Both the position numbers and the translations under genes were made by a program. From Negaprion brevirostris (Eukaryota), in NCBI GenBank assembly GCA_030324005.1, contig JARDVH010000193.1, forward strand, positions 32,982,086-33,046,085: a stretch of DNA of 64,000 nt, written 5' to 3'. The notes below the pieces were generated by a model, which ran no database searches, had not been told where the DNA came from, and saw only the letters and a program-made list of their open reading frames with translations. Shown piece by piece: positions 10,891-23,830 of the stretch; the first letter of the stretch is position 1, and every line of letters begins with the position of its first letter.

Positions 10891-13800
10891 ATTATTACTT
10901 GAGTTTACCAGGTACAATACTCCTTCCCTTCATGTTTAACTAAAGAGCCAACACTACACTATCTTCAGTTACTATACTCAGAATTGTACGCTGCTTCAGA
11001 TCCTCAAACTGATCCACCAACTTCCCACTTCATATGTTGACTGCCCTATCTAATGGGTGGCAAATAAACATACTCATCCATTGCCTGCTGTCAGCATTCG
11101 ATCTGCCCATTTTTGCGAAGATACTGTCACCTATGCCAAATTGTTGTGGCAAAAAATTGAAATCACTGAAGTCTGTATGTTGCAGTAACACAGACTTTTA
11201 TTTACAAACGGGCTTGGGGGAAGACAGCCTGATTCTACAGGGTGTCTCTGATGCAAAGGCTGTGTATCTTATTTATATCTTTTGCTTATCGCACTTGCAC
11301 TATAAAATCCTAATAAGCAGAATTATAGAGGCTGCAGTTGTTCCCTTTATCTCACTGATGGCTGAGGCCTGTGCTTCTTATCACACTTTGGTTTACCCAA
11401 CCTGTGAAGATCATTAAGTTTATAATTGTTACTTTCCCACACTCATGCTGAGAAAGGGCTCTAATCGCTGCTCCTTAAAGCTGTTAATGCTTATAACTGC
11501 ATTTACCTAATTTAAAGCTTTTAATCTTAATATCAGTTTTGATGTGGAATTATTTCAATTTCCCTACTTTAGAAGAAAAAAAATGCACTGCCTTCAGTGC
11601 AAGACTGACACATGTTCAAATATTTTAATATAAACTTTAAAAATGTTAATATTCTGAATTCCCCTTTAAGAATATTGACATGTTTTAATTAGAACATAGA
11701 ACAGTACAGCACAAACAGGCCCTTCGGCCCACAAGTTGCGCCAATCATATCCCTACCTACCAGGCCTATCTATAACCCTCANNNNNNNNNNNNNNNNNNN
11801 NNNNNNNNNNNNNNNNNNNNNNNNNNNNNNNNNNNNNNNNNNNNNNNNNNNNNNNNNNNNNNNNNNNNNNNNNNNNNNNNNACCCTCTCGAGTTGCAATT
11901 TTATTGCTTACTAGACTTCCCTTATGCAAGTTCAATTGCCCCACCAAGCCAAAAACTGAAGCTGGGTGGGGAAACAACACTTAAATGGCCAATAATTGGT
12001 CACTTAGCGCTTCAACTGGGGCAAGAACAAGTTTCCCTATCCAGGCCTTGTCTGCCCCAGTGGAAATATCACTGTGTGATCAGGATGCTTGAAAACCTGA
12101 GGGAATCCCATCATTCCAATTTCATGCTCTCCCCCAGTTCCCGCACTGGCCTGAAAAACTACCAGTGGAGGAATGTAAAATTCTGGCTTTGAGTTCTAAT
12201 ACAATTCTTCATTAATTCACGATGCCATTACTCATTGAGGAAAATGTTAGCGGATGAAAATTTTAAAGAAGAGAAAGTAAACATTCTCATGAATTTACTG
12301 AGGGACAGAGACAGCTATTTCTCCAAACTCGAAAAGGTTTAGTGAAAAGGCAAGAGAACAGAGCTAAGCCATGGTACCCATTTGGAGAACTGCGGCAGAC
12401 ATGATGGGCCAAATGGCATCCTTCTGCTCCGTAACACTTCTGCGATTCTATGAACTATCAGGCCAGGATTGAAGCCAATTACAGCTACTGCTGCCTTTTC
12501 ATGCGCTATTAAATGTCAGATATTGGCAACATCCTCCTTACTATTCTTCGCAGGAAGTCACAAAACTACATTCCCAGTCATACAGTAAAAATACAAAACT
12601 GCTTTCAGTGAATGCTACCCAATCAAAGAAATGTTCACAATGCGAGTCACTTACTTCATGAAATGGATAAAAAGCAACTCATAGAAACTTCCAGTAGTAA
12701 AGCACTGTGTTTGAAACAGTCCTAGTTTTAACTTGAATTTTAAAATGATTTTGGTTTAATTAATTCTGTACAAACAGAATAGCCACTGGGGAGGCATTGT
12801 CTTCCTCTCTGCTGGAATAAGTCCTGCAGCACACATTTCCCCCCGGAATTATTCCTTATATCTTTTGTGCTGATGTATTGGATTGAACATTTGTTGCACA
12901 CAGGATTAATGTCAAAGGTCTCCTGCAACACATTGGCCAGGCTGGCTGCAGAGTGGCACATTCAAACTTATCAGGAATGCCAAGATGTATTTTAAAATGA
13001 AAAATCCCAAGCCAGTAGCTAATTTGGTTAATCTCTCAAAGCTGTTCTGCATATCATGCTAATCCTTTTCCTGCTGAATAAGCAAGAGTTCCAAACGGTC
13101 AGCATGCCAAACACCAAGACGAATGGTTCATTTGGCAAAAGTAAAATTAATGTTTGATAACTTACTCACTGGATCATACAGCCTCTTCAGCGGGATGCTA
13201 CTGTATTCTCGAGAATAGACAGGGATTCCACTGGGGGGGAGGGGGGGGGGGCAGGGCATCACAAAGTGACATCCCATCAAAGGGTCTGATGATATCTTAA
13301 GCCTTAGCAAAACACAAATAACTCAGCGCTGTGATTGGAATTCCCTCAATTTAGTTTACAGCCTTAAGATTGCAGACCTGCTTTTTTTTTTCAATAAATA
13401 CAGAAAATTTCAAATAAATGTCATAACCATGCTCATTTTGTTTTTATTTTTTTAAAGCACTACTATAGCTCCTGGCTAATACACTATAGCTCTGTTTCCA
13501 TAACAACATATTTTTAGCAATACTGTGACCTACCGTCTTCAGTTTATGGTGCTTCATCGGGGGTTGGATGCCTCTGAATCAGCCCTCAGCATTTAATCTA
13601 CCTCATCAGAGCAGCTGAGGGGTTTTGTGAAATGGGTTCTATTAACGAGGCTGAAAATCGATTAAGGTCGAATACCACCTCTTGGCAAAATAGTCCCTGA
13701 AATTTTCTTTTTTAAGAGTTGTACAAAATGACAGAAATGTATCAACAATAACTTGTAATTATATAACATCTTTAATGTAGAAATCAGTCTTTGTTGCTTT

Positions 13801-14399
13801 GCAAAGGCATTAAGTTAAAACGGGGTGCTAAACAAAGGTAGGACTGGTGACTAAAATCCTAATCAAGACGGCCTATTTTAAGAAATTCTTTGAAAAATAA
13901 GTTGAGCAGGGTCAAGCCTGGATGAGGAGAGCAGTTGATTAGGAAAGGACTTCCAGAACATGGTCTCTTGGTGTTGAAAATGCAGATGTCAGAAGTGAGT
14001 TTTACAGTGGGGGCACATGTGCAAAACCAAATCAGAGAAACAAAGAGCCTTCAAGTCACTTCCTTACAACTGCTGTACAATTTGCTGCATGTGAAAGCTC
14101 CCAGATTTGTTCAACCAACTGTTTAAAGTAAATAATAAGGTAATATTTCAAAAAGATAAATCATTGTGAAATTACTCTGATCTAATACTTAAAGGTTTAA
14201 TGGAATAATCTTTTGGTTCGAATCTGCATTAATCAACCCTGGCCAATAATGATATACCTGAGTTCCTAAAGAGGCCACAAGTTTCATCAAATATTGTATC
14301 CTCAATGTCTTAATATTCGTAATCTTCAGTTATGTTTCTAACCAGCGAAAATGCTAGAAGGTGTTGTTGACTGTTCTATCAAGTGGCACTTATTCAGCA

Positions 14400-15630
14400 A
14401 AGACCTTCTCACTGACACTCAATTTGTGTTCTGCTGGGGCCACTCAGCTCCAGACCTAATTATAGCCTTAATCCAAACACGGACAGAAAAGCTGAACTCA
14501 AGGTGAGGTGAGAATGGCTGCCCTTGATATGAAGGCCATATTTGACTGAGTGTGGCATCATGGAGCCCTATAAAAATTGTTGTAAATGGGAATCAGGGAA
14601 AACTTTCCACTGGTTGGAGTCATACATAGCAGAAAGGAAGATCGTTTTAATTGTTGGCGCTCAATAAACTCAGTGCCAGTGCTGCAGGAGTTTCTCAGGG
14701 TAGTGTCCTAGCCCAACTTCTTCATCTGTTTCATCAATGGCCTTCCCTCCATCTTAAGGTCAGAATTGGAGATGTTCACAGATGATTGCACAATGTTCGG
14801 CACAGTTCACTATCTCAGACACTGAAGAATCTGTACCCATGTACAACAAGAAGCTGGACAATACCCAGACTTGTGCTGATAAATGGCAATAACATTCACG
14901 GCACACTAGTGTCGGGTAATGACAATTGCCAACATTAGTGAACCTAACCATGTCCACTCAATAGTCAATGATATTATTGTTGCTGAATGTCCCACTATCA
15001 ACACCCTGGGGTTGCCACTGACCAGAAAATGAACTGTTAAAGCTGTATAAATACTGTGGCTACAAGAACATGCCAAAGGCTTGAACTGTGTGGAGAGTAA
15101 TTCACCTACTGGCTTCCCAAAGCCTGTCCACCATCTTCAAGACATGAATCAGATCTTGCTGAATGAGTGCAGCTCCAGTAATGCTCGAGGCTTGACACTG
15201 TACAGGACAAAGTAGCCTGCTTGGTTGGCACCCCATCCACCAACTTAAACATTCACTCCCTCCATTACCATGCACCATGTCAGCACTGTGTGCCATTAAG
15301 AAAGATGCACTGGAGTTACTCACCAAGTCTTTGTTAGCAACTTTACCACCTAGAAGGACAAGGATAGCAGGCACATGGGAACACCTCCAAGTCCCCCTCC
15401 AAGCCAAGCACTAAAAATAGATTCGGAAATATAATGGTGTTCCTTCTCTGTCACTGAATTAAAATCCTAGAACTCTCTTTCTAACAGCACTATGGGTATA
15501 CCTACATCGCCTGGACTACAGTGATTCAAAAAAGCAGTACACCAGCACCTTCTCAAGGGCAATTAGGGATGGCCAGTGAATGCTGGCCTAGCCAGTGATG
15601 CCCACATCCCATGAATGAGTAAACTAAAAA
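14400..15630 (+). mobile_element. CR1-clade LINE 3' part, probable partner of the DeuSINE
   Basis: GVSQGSVL and MFTDDCT RT remnants; 3' tail agggcaattagggatgg...gcccacatcccatgaatga shared with the SINE at 605-775. Confidence 0.8.
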
Positions 15631-16246
15631 CCCATCTCCACATCTTGCTATTTCTTAAATAAGGCCAATATCCTGATCTCAGTTATGCTTCCATGTGACA
15701 AATACCAGTTGCTGACCCTTTTCTGGTTAAAGATATGCATCATTCCTGCATTTAACATATACAATTTTGATCTGTGTTTCTGCTCATGTAAACATGTAAG
15801 TATTAGGTTTATTTCTTGTACCCTGCTACGTATCACGTACCTCTCTAAGATTTCTGTTGAGACCCATATCTTTAATGCTAAAGAGCCTTAGCTTATTGAC
15901 CATTTTTCTTGTTTTTCCCTTTATAGCAGGGATCAGAATTGCTCATCTCCTTTGCTAAGTGGTAGATGGTCTAATAGTTCCAATCACATGGTGTATAGAT
16001 TTTCGGATGTTCCAGCTCATATGTCACAATTTCAAAGCCCTTGGTGTCTATGTTTTGTTTGAAAATTGTTTCTGTGAATTGCCTTGGGATGCTTTACTCT
16101 GTTAAAGGTGCTATTTAAGTACAAGTTGTTGTTGTGTAGGCATTTCAGATATAATACCAAAAATTATTACTTGTACGTGTGTTTACATTAAACGGTCTGT
16201 ATAAGGTATGATGTAAATGGATTATCACTCTTAACTTTATTTACAG

Positions 16247-16342
16247 GGTTGTTCTTGGTCCGTCATTTTTGTTGATTTTGATGCGCACAATCGGAACAGA
16301 CAGACCTTGTCTTCACTGCTTCCACGAGAATCAAGGTCACAT
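16247..16342 (+). CDS. PHKB: Phosphorylase kinase beta subunit, internal exon (96 nt): [32 protein letters not shown]
   Basis: Acceptor ttacag and donor gtaagt; phase 0/0. The peptide is near-identical to recalled vertebrate PHKB ([32 protein letters not shown]). Too short for the ORF track. Confidence 0.96.
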
Positions 16343-16942
16343 GTAAGTAGGAACATCCTTACAAAAAAAAATAGGTAAATGCTTCTACATAACTAATTTT
16401 TTTTCTTTTTGAATGGTCTTTGGTTTGGAGAGTGTGAAAGAAAATACTGATTTATGAATCCACCTTCAGAATTTTTTGATCAATAAGTATTGGCTATTGC
16501 TGGTTCCTGTCAAGAAGCAATTTTCACTTGCCATTAGCATTTCAGCTAAGTAATGGATGTATTAAAAGTTTGATTGATCTGTCTGAGGCGGCTTAAACAA
16601 AACTCAGCATTCTAACTGGTGCAAGCTGTTTCTTTGACAATGTGCATCTGTGCTTATCCTTAGTGTTAAGTTTTCAAAAATTTTCTGTTTTTNNNNNNNN
16701 NNNNNNNNNNNNNNNNNNNNNNNNNNNNNNNNNNNNNNNNNNNNNNNNNNNNNNNNNNNNNNNNNNNNNNNNNNNNNNNNNNNNNNNNNNNNNNNNNNNN
16801 NNNNNNNNNNNNNNNNNNNNNNNNNNNNNNNNNNNNNNNNNNNNNNNNNNNNNNNNNNNNNNNNNNNNNNNNNNNNNNNNNNNNNNNNNNNNNNNNNNNN
16901 NNNNNNNNNNNNNNNNNNNNNNNNNNNNNNNNNNNNNNNNNN

Positions 16943-17090
16943 CACTGAGTGTCTTTAAGACAGAGATAGATAAGGCCTTGATTAATAAGGGGACCAGGGG
17001 TTATAGGAAAAAGGCAGGAGAAAGCCATGATTGAATGGCAGAGCAGACTCGATGGGCCGAGTGGCCTAATTCTTATGTCTTACAGTCTTA
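16943..17090 (+). mobile_element. CR1-like LINE 3' tail after a gap
   Basis: Similar to 20130-20295. Confidence 0.75.
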
Positions 17091-17364
17091 TTTAGAGCAG
17101 ATTTGAATAACATTAACAGTATTATGAGAAATGATGTTGCGCTGTGAGCATTTGAATTGGAGAAATTTGACAAATGAAGGGCCTGATTGAGGTGATTTCA
17201 CATGTGGCGAGGGTAACATGATCTCAATTAATGAAGCTATCGGTTTGGGTGTATCTTCTCTTATTTTGGTAAATTTCCTTTTACAATTGCTGCACTACTG
17301 TCTCTAAACTCTACAAGTTATATACGGAGGCTGGAGCTCAGAAATAAAGTTTTATAGTTCATAA

Positions 17365-17640
17365 AAGTTTATTTATTGGTGTAACAAGTAGGCTTACATT
17401 AATGAAGTTCCTATGAAAATCCCCTAGTTGCCACACTCCAGCATCTGTTGGGGTAAACTGAGGGAGAATTTTAGCATGGCCAGTTCACCTAACCAACACG
17501 TCTTTTGGACTGTGGGAGGAAACCCACGCAGACACGGAGAATGTGTAGACTGCAAACACAGTGATCCAAGCCAGGAATCGAACCCGGTTCCCTGGCACTG
17601 TGAGGCAGCAGTGCTAACCACTGTACCACAGTGCTGCCCC
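17365..17640 (-). mobile_element. tRNA-derived V-SINE with an aataaataaac tail
   Basis: Minus strand reads gggcagcactgtggtacagtggttagcactgctgcctcacag (A box) and ggttcgattcc (B box), followed by the V-domain. Confidence 0.85.
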
Positions 17641-18894
17641 AAATATGTTCAAAAGTGTAGTTGTTTAAATTTTTTTAATAGTACAGTGGGTAGATCTGGG
17701 GGAAAAAGTGGCAACAGCCTGGTTCCTGTTGATTATTTTCTTTTTAACATGGCAGGAGGATTTTCTGTTTTGTTTCTGGCAATGCAGAATGTTTTGATCC
17801 CCAGAGAGATCGTTAACCGTTAAAAAATTTGTACAACCAGCGATCATGTGGAAGAGCTATGCCACAAGATTACGTGTTTTTTTAAAAACAAAAGCAGGCT
17901 TTTCTGTAAACAAAGATAGCCTTACAATCTTAACCTTGTTGTTAGTCAAGACTTAAGAATATAAATCCAGTTCCCCTTTAACTTCCTCATTTCCCTAATG
18001 CATTGCAAGACCTTGAGGATTCGTTCACTCCTTCTTCTGGGACTAAAGACATGGATGTGATCTCAAGCTCCCTTTTCTCCAAGACTTCGTCCCACTTCAG
18101 AGCTGCTCCCAGGGTTACTGGCCACCATCTTTATAGGTAGAAAAATGCATTTGCAGCCAGTTTGGTCCAGGAAGCAAACTGAGAGGGGTTTCATTGAGTC
18201 TTCTGTCACTGGGGAATATGGAGAGTTTGCCTGACAGTGACATAAGTACATTTTAGACAAAAGATTGAAATAAGAATGTCATATGTATATGATGGTGTTA
18301 TATATTGATTTATAATACATTAAACTTTACAATTGTATAATGCTATTATATTGCTTTATTGTTGTTTTGTATTTTTTTAGGGCTGGAGTAATGTTGATTT
18401 CTTGAAATTAAAATGCAATCACATTGGAAAATTGTTTGGGAAGCACTGGAATAGAGAGCATTTTCTTACACAAGTATATGTTGGTTATAATGATTGGACC
18501 CTCCGAATAGATTAGTCTTTGCGTACGGAGTAATGAACAATGACTGAATTCACATTATGGCCAATAAAAATAGAAAATGCTGGAAAAATTCAGTAGGTCT
18601 AGCAGCATCTATATACAGATTCAAAATATAATTTTGTTTCCCTCTCCATAGTTGCTGCCTGACCAGCTGACTTTGACAGCATTTCCTGCTTTTATTTCAG
18701 ATTTCCAACATCTGCAATATTTTATTTTCACATTATGGTCATACTATTTGAAATTTCTGTGGGGCTATGAAACTGATGTTATAAATCCACAGAGCTTTGA
18801 AAATTTCAATTAAGTTATACTAGTGGTTGGAAAGAGGATAGGTGTCACAGAATAACTGATAGAAATTAAACTGACATTCTTATGTCATCAAAAG

Positions 18895-20295
18895 TAATAC
18901 CGCCATTATTGGATATAGAGGATATTTAAGAAGGGAAGGAATTTAAGAAGGGAGGGAAGCAGCAGATGGGAAGTTATAGGCCGGTTAGTCTGACTTTGGT
19001 CATTGGCAAGATTTTAGAGTCCACTATTAAAGATGAGATCACTGAGTACTTGGAAGTGCATGATAAAATAGGACTGAGTCAGCACGGCTTCGTCAAGGAG
19101 GGGTCATGTCTGACAAATCCGTTAAAGTTCTTTGAAGAGGTAACAAGCAAATTAGGTTAAGGAGAACTAATGGCTGTGATTTGTTTAGATTTCAGAAGGC
19201 TTTTGACAAGATGCAGCATAGGAGACTGTTAAATAAGTTAAGAGCCCATGGTGTTAAGGGTTAGATCCTGGCATGGACAGAAGATTGGCTGACTGGCAGA
19301 AGGCAGAGAGTGGTTATTAAGGGATCCTTTTCAGGATGGCAGCCAGTGACCAGTGGTGTGCCTCAGGGGTCAGTACTGGGACCTCAACTTTTCACAATAT
19401 ACATTAACAATTTGGAAGAAGGAACTGAAGGCACTATTGCTAAGTTTGCAGATGATACAAAGACATTTAGGGGGGCAGGTAGTTTTAAGGAAGCAGGAGG
19501 GCTGCAGAAGGACTTGGACAGGCTAGAAGAGCGGGCAAAGAAGTGGCAGATGGAATACAGTGTGGAAAAGTGAGAGATTCTACACTTTGGAAGCAGGAAT
19601 GGAGGCATAAACTATTTTCTAAATGGGGAAAATGCATAGGAAATCAAGCAAAAGGGACTTAGGAGTCCATGTTCAAGATTCTCTTAAGGTTAACGTGCAG
19701 CTTAATTCGGCAGTTAGGAAGGCAAATGCAATGTTAGCATTTATGTTGCAAGGCCTAAAATACATGAGCAGGGATGTACTTCCGAGGCTGTATAAGGCCA
19801 TTTGGAATATTGTGAGCAGTTTTGGGCCCCGTACCTCAGGAAGGATGTGTTGGCCTTGGGGAGGGCCAGAGGAGGTTCACAAGAATGATCGCCGGAATGA
19901 AGAGCTTGCCGTATAAAAAAACAGTTGAGGACTATGGATCTGCACTCATTGGAGTTTAGGAGGATATTGGGGGATTTTATTGAAACTTGCAGGATACTGC
20001 AAGGCCTGGATAGAGTGGACATGCAAAGGATGTTTCCATTAGTAGGAAAANNNNNNNNNNAATTTCCTCAGCCAGAGTGTGGTGACTCTGTGGAACTCTT
20101 TGCCACAGAAGGCTGTGGAGGCCAGGTCATTGAGTGTCTTTAAGACAGACAGATAGGTTTTTGATTAATAAGGGGATCAGGGATTATGAGGAAAAGGCAG
20201 GAGAATGGTGATGAGAAAAAAAACAGCCTTGATTGAAAGGCGCAGCAGACTCGATGGGCTGAATGGCCTAATTCTGCTCCTATGTCTTATGGTCT
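18895..20295 (+). mobile_element. CR1/HER1-like LINE, RT domain to 3' end, decayed
   Basis: YRPVSLTLVIGKILE, QHGFVK, SGVPQGSVLGPQLF and KFADDTK, with frameshifts and stop codons. Confidence 0.92.
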
Positions 20296-20439
20296 ACATA
20301 AAACCACTCAACTTTCAGTTCTTTATTACCTTCATTATATACTCTTGATAACCCTGTCACCTATGTAATGCCACTTTTACTATGCACAGGACAAATTTCC
20401 CTAACATAAACAATTTTTTGGCACATCCTTTAGTAACCA

Positions 20440-20556
20440 GGGCTGAAATTTTATGACCCGGTCGTGGCAGGGTGAGGCCATAAAATGTGATGAGTTATTC
20501 AAATGTCCATTTCCTCGACCGGCTGGAAAATCCTCCTAGTTGTAAAACTCAGCCCC
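20440..20556. mobile_element. MITE, Harbinger-like
   Basis: TIRs gggctgaaatttta / taaaactcagccc. Confidence 0.65.
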
Positions 20557-20559
20557 AAG

Positions 20560-21180
20560 TGATTCAATTTGATTTATTATTATTGTCACGTGTATTTGTA
20601 TACAATGAAAATTATTGTTTCTTATACTTTACAAACAAAGCATATCATTCAGTGAGTACATAGGGAAGGACGGGGTGCAGATTATGGTGTTACAGTCAAA
20701 GAAAGATCAACTTTATATAGGGTAGGTGCATTCAAAAGTCTGATGGCAGCAGGGAAGAAGCTGTTCTGGAGTTGATTGGTACATGTTCTCAGACTTTTGT
20801 ATCTTTTTCCTGACGGAAGAAGGCAGAAGAGAGTACATCTGGGGTGTGTGTGGAGTCCTTGATTACTCTGGCTGCTTTTGCAAGGCAGCGGGAAGTGTAG
20901 ACGGAGTCAGTGAATGAAAGGCTGGTTTGTATGATGGACTGGGCGACGTTCACATTCCTCTGTAGTTTCTTGCAGTCTTGGTCAGAGCAGCAGCCATTCC
21001 AAGTTGTGATACATGTGGAAAAAATGCTTTTATATATATATATATATATATACATATATACATAGAGACTGGTGAGAGTCGTAGTGGACATGCCGAATTT
21101 CCTCAGCCTCCTGAGAAAGCCTCCTGAAGCATTGGTGGGCTTTCTTAACTATAGCATTGGTGTGGAGGAACCAGGACAAC
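20560..21180 (-). mobile_element. Rex1-like LINE 3' fragment containing a (TA)n microsatellite (~21030-21062)
   Basis: Homologous to 5080-5570 (SIFSTCITTWNG...DCKKLQR). Confidence 0.82.
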
Positions 21181-22284
21181 TATACTTTTTGTATTGGCAT
21201 TTCTGATGATTCATTTGCTCTGTGTTATATATTTTTAATGTGCTGGCTTCCATTGCAGACCACAGGTAGCACATCAATTCATGACTGATCTTTATATTAA
21301 TCATATGTTGTAATTAGTCATTATATTTTGTCATTAACCCATTTTTTAAAGCTGCTATTATTAACGAATGTTTGCTCTAACAGAAGAACCATTTGTAAAT
21401 TGTGAAGAGTAGCAAGTTGCAGAGAGTTTAAGGCAATAATTTAATTTCAAGGTTTTAATGTTATTTATAAGTTGTTGAGTTTAATTTCATCGTTTATGGT
21501 ATCTTCAGAAATCCATGTTAGCATTACAGTTTTATATGCTCTGTTCCCTTCTTGTCGTTCCTTAAAGGCAATATTACACTATGATTTATGATTTCCACAG
21601 TAGCTTTGCAAATTTATCCATCGACCAGCTGTGACATGCACACTGGAAAGGTTCCAGGCTTAATTTCCAGTTTAATTTAACTCATCCCACTCCAGGTAGC
21701 AGATAAGATGCTACACTTTCCTTTCAATTGTTACTTAGTTAAAGTAAGCTAGAACAAATACTCATGAACAAGTGTAGATAGCAGCTGAGGACTAAATGTG
21801 GCTTGACTTTACTGCTACCAGTAGTGGAGAGATGTGCTGACACTTTATGTTCAGGACTATATGTAAATAATGGTTAATTGGGCAAGGTATCAATTGATGA
21901 GAATTAGAAAACAACTTAAATCTTTGGATTTCATAGTTCTGTGTTTAACTTCTCATTCTAGGATCTAATTAACTGACACTTATATGGTATTTCACAACTT
22001 AAATGTAATTTCATAACTTTAATTTCTCATTTAACAGTGTAATCTCAAATTTACATTTAATACAAAACTAATTTTTGTCGACTGGTCCCAAGGTATTTCT
22101 TGTTTGTATCATTACAGCTGCTTAAGTGTGGCTTTGTAAAAGTATAGTTTGTTATTTGAATTAATCATTGTATATAAATTTATGGCCAATATTTAATNNN
22201 NNNNNNNNNNNNNNNNNNNNNNGAATATTTTGTTTCTAGATAATGACAACAAAATGATTAATCATATACAATATGTTATTCCAG

Positions 22285-22482
22285 AATACAGATGCTGCTC
22301 TCCTGCCTTGTATAAGTTATCCTGCATTTGCAGTGGATGATGATGCCTTGTTTAATCAAACAATTGAGAAAGTTATTCGTAAACTGAAAGGAAAATATGG
22401 ATTGAAACGCTTTTTAAGAGATGGATACAGAACAGGCTTGGAAGACAATTCACGACGTTACTATAAACCAGCAGAAATCAAG
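22285..22482 (+). CDS. PHKB: PHKB internal exon (198 nt): [23 protein letters not shown]...[10 protein letters not shown]
   Basis: Lies inside ORF 22273..22536; acceptor ttccag, donor gtactt. Continues in frame from the previous exon and contains the PHKB motif [18 protein letters not shown]. Confidence 0.97.
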
Positions 22483-22509
22483 GTACTTCTGGCAAATCAA
22501 TACATCATT

Positions 22510-22975
22510 GTAATCATAGAATCCCTACAGTATTGAAGGAGGCCATTTGGCCCATCGAGTCTGCACCAATCCATCTTTTTTTAAAATCGATCCCCTATCC
22601 TATGCCCATAATCCCACATGGTGAATTTTCCCGTTCCGCCCACCACGGGCATCATAGAGGGGTGCACCATGGAAAGGTCCATTGACCTCCAGCGGGATTT
22701 TCCAGTTTTGGGGCAAGCATGGTCAAAAAATCTGGCCTTGCTTATTTACCCACTAATCCTTCTAACCTACTCATCTTGGGACACTAAAAGACATGGCCAA
22801 TCCACCAAACCTGCACATCTTTGGACTGTGGGAGGAAACCGAAGCACCTGGAAGAAATCCATGCAGGCACGGGGGAGAGGTGCAAACTCCACACAGTCAC
22901 CCAAGGCCAGAATTGAACCCGGATCCCTGGCACTTTGAGGCAGCAGTGCTAACCTCTGTGCCACCGTGCTGCCCA
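22510..22975 (-). mobile_element. HE1-like V-SINE with a nested MITE at 22618-22738
   Basis: tRNA-like head, V-domain and CR1-type tail (atcatagaatccctacag on +). The MITE is homologous to 10573-10699. Confidence 0.85.
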
Positions 22976-23569
22976 ATGCATTCCAATTTTTTTTTTAAAT
23001 AAACCTTAATTTGGAAAATGCGTATTGTCCTTGTTTTCTTAGTGCTACATGCCACATTTCACTCTGCTGAGGGGTATGCAGGGCAAGCCTCTGTCTCTGG
23101 TTTGGTTTATGATCCACCTGGCTGATAAAAAGTGAGAGCCAAAATGTAATGTTCTCACTTACCTTTTAACCTTCTGGATAAAGAGCCCCTTTTATTTGGT
23201 GTTTATTTTGTATTTGTTTTTTCAACAGTGACAGAGTTCAAAAGTATCATTGTCTGTAAAGTGCTGTGAGACATCCGATGGTCATCAAAAGCACTGTATA
23301 AATGCATTTTTTTTTAATTACACGACTGGAATAAGGAACTTACTGGATGGGATTTCAAATTATTTCCAATGATGATGCAACTATGCCAAAGTCAAACAGC
23401 AACCATAACTCTCCTTTATTTCTAACTTGGGACTGTACAGAATATTAATTCTTCTGATTGAAAGGTCACAGGATGAAAGAAAGAACTTGCATTTGGATGG
23501 TATCTTAATAACTTCTCAGGAAATCCTAAAGTGTATCACAGTCGACCTTTGAAATATGGGAGCCTGTAA

Positions 23570-23830
23570 ATGATGTGGAGATGCCGGCGTTGGACTGGGA
23601 TAAACACAGTAANNNNNNNNNNNNNNNNNNNNNNNNNNNNNNNNNNNNNNNNNNNNNNNNNNNNNNNNNNNNNNNNNNNNNNNNNNNNNNNNNNNNNNNN
23701 TGAGTGGGAGTTCCGTTCACAAACAAAACTCCCACTCACCTGATGAAGGAGCAGCACTCCGAAAGCTAGTGACGTTTGCTACCAAAGAAACCTGTTAGAC
23801 TTTAACCTGGTGTTGTGAAACTTCTTACTG
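23570..23830. mobile_element. Penelope-like palindromic terminal fragment with TSD-like flanks
   Basis: Same terminus as the GIY-YIG-bearing element at 61262; flanks gagcctgtaaatga / gagcccataaatga. Confidence 0.75.
23736..23772 (+). ncRNA. Putative minimal type I hammerhead ribozyme, Penelope-associated
   Basis: tcac-CTGATGA-a-ggag(cagca)ctcc-GAAA-gcta-gtga: intact core, 4-bp stem II, palindromic AGCT in place of stem III, and stem I tcac/gtga. Confidence 0.65.

Larger units (their letters stand above)
6209..11680 (-). mobile_element. Decayed LTR retroelement (Gypsy/ERV-like): 5' LTR ~11142-11680, PBS ~11121-11138, pol remnants, partial 3' LTR ~6209-6315
   Basis: Two direct copies of agacagcctg..t.acagggtgt..ctc.gatgcaaaggctg (~6262 and ~11222). 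TGT...ACA LTR ends. Minus-strand TGGCATAGGTGACAGTAT resembles a tRNA-Ser PBS. RT-like C*TDELIHST...LTKLKNN...LNLEK near 9470-9590 and KVAKKQNMSMPK near 9400. Confidence 0.6.

Noticed and set aside
17560-17640. tRNA genes suggested by A and B boxes here and at 22900-22975, 38471 and 53650
   Set aside because: These are SINE heads continuing into V or Deu domains; no complete cloverleaf is evident.
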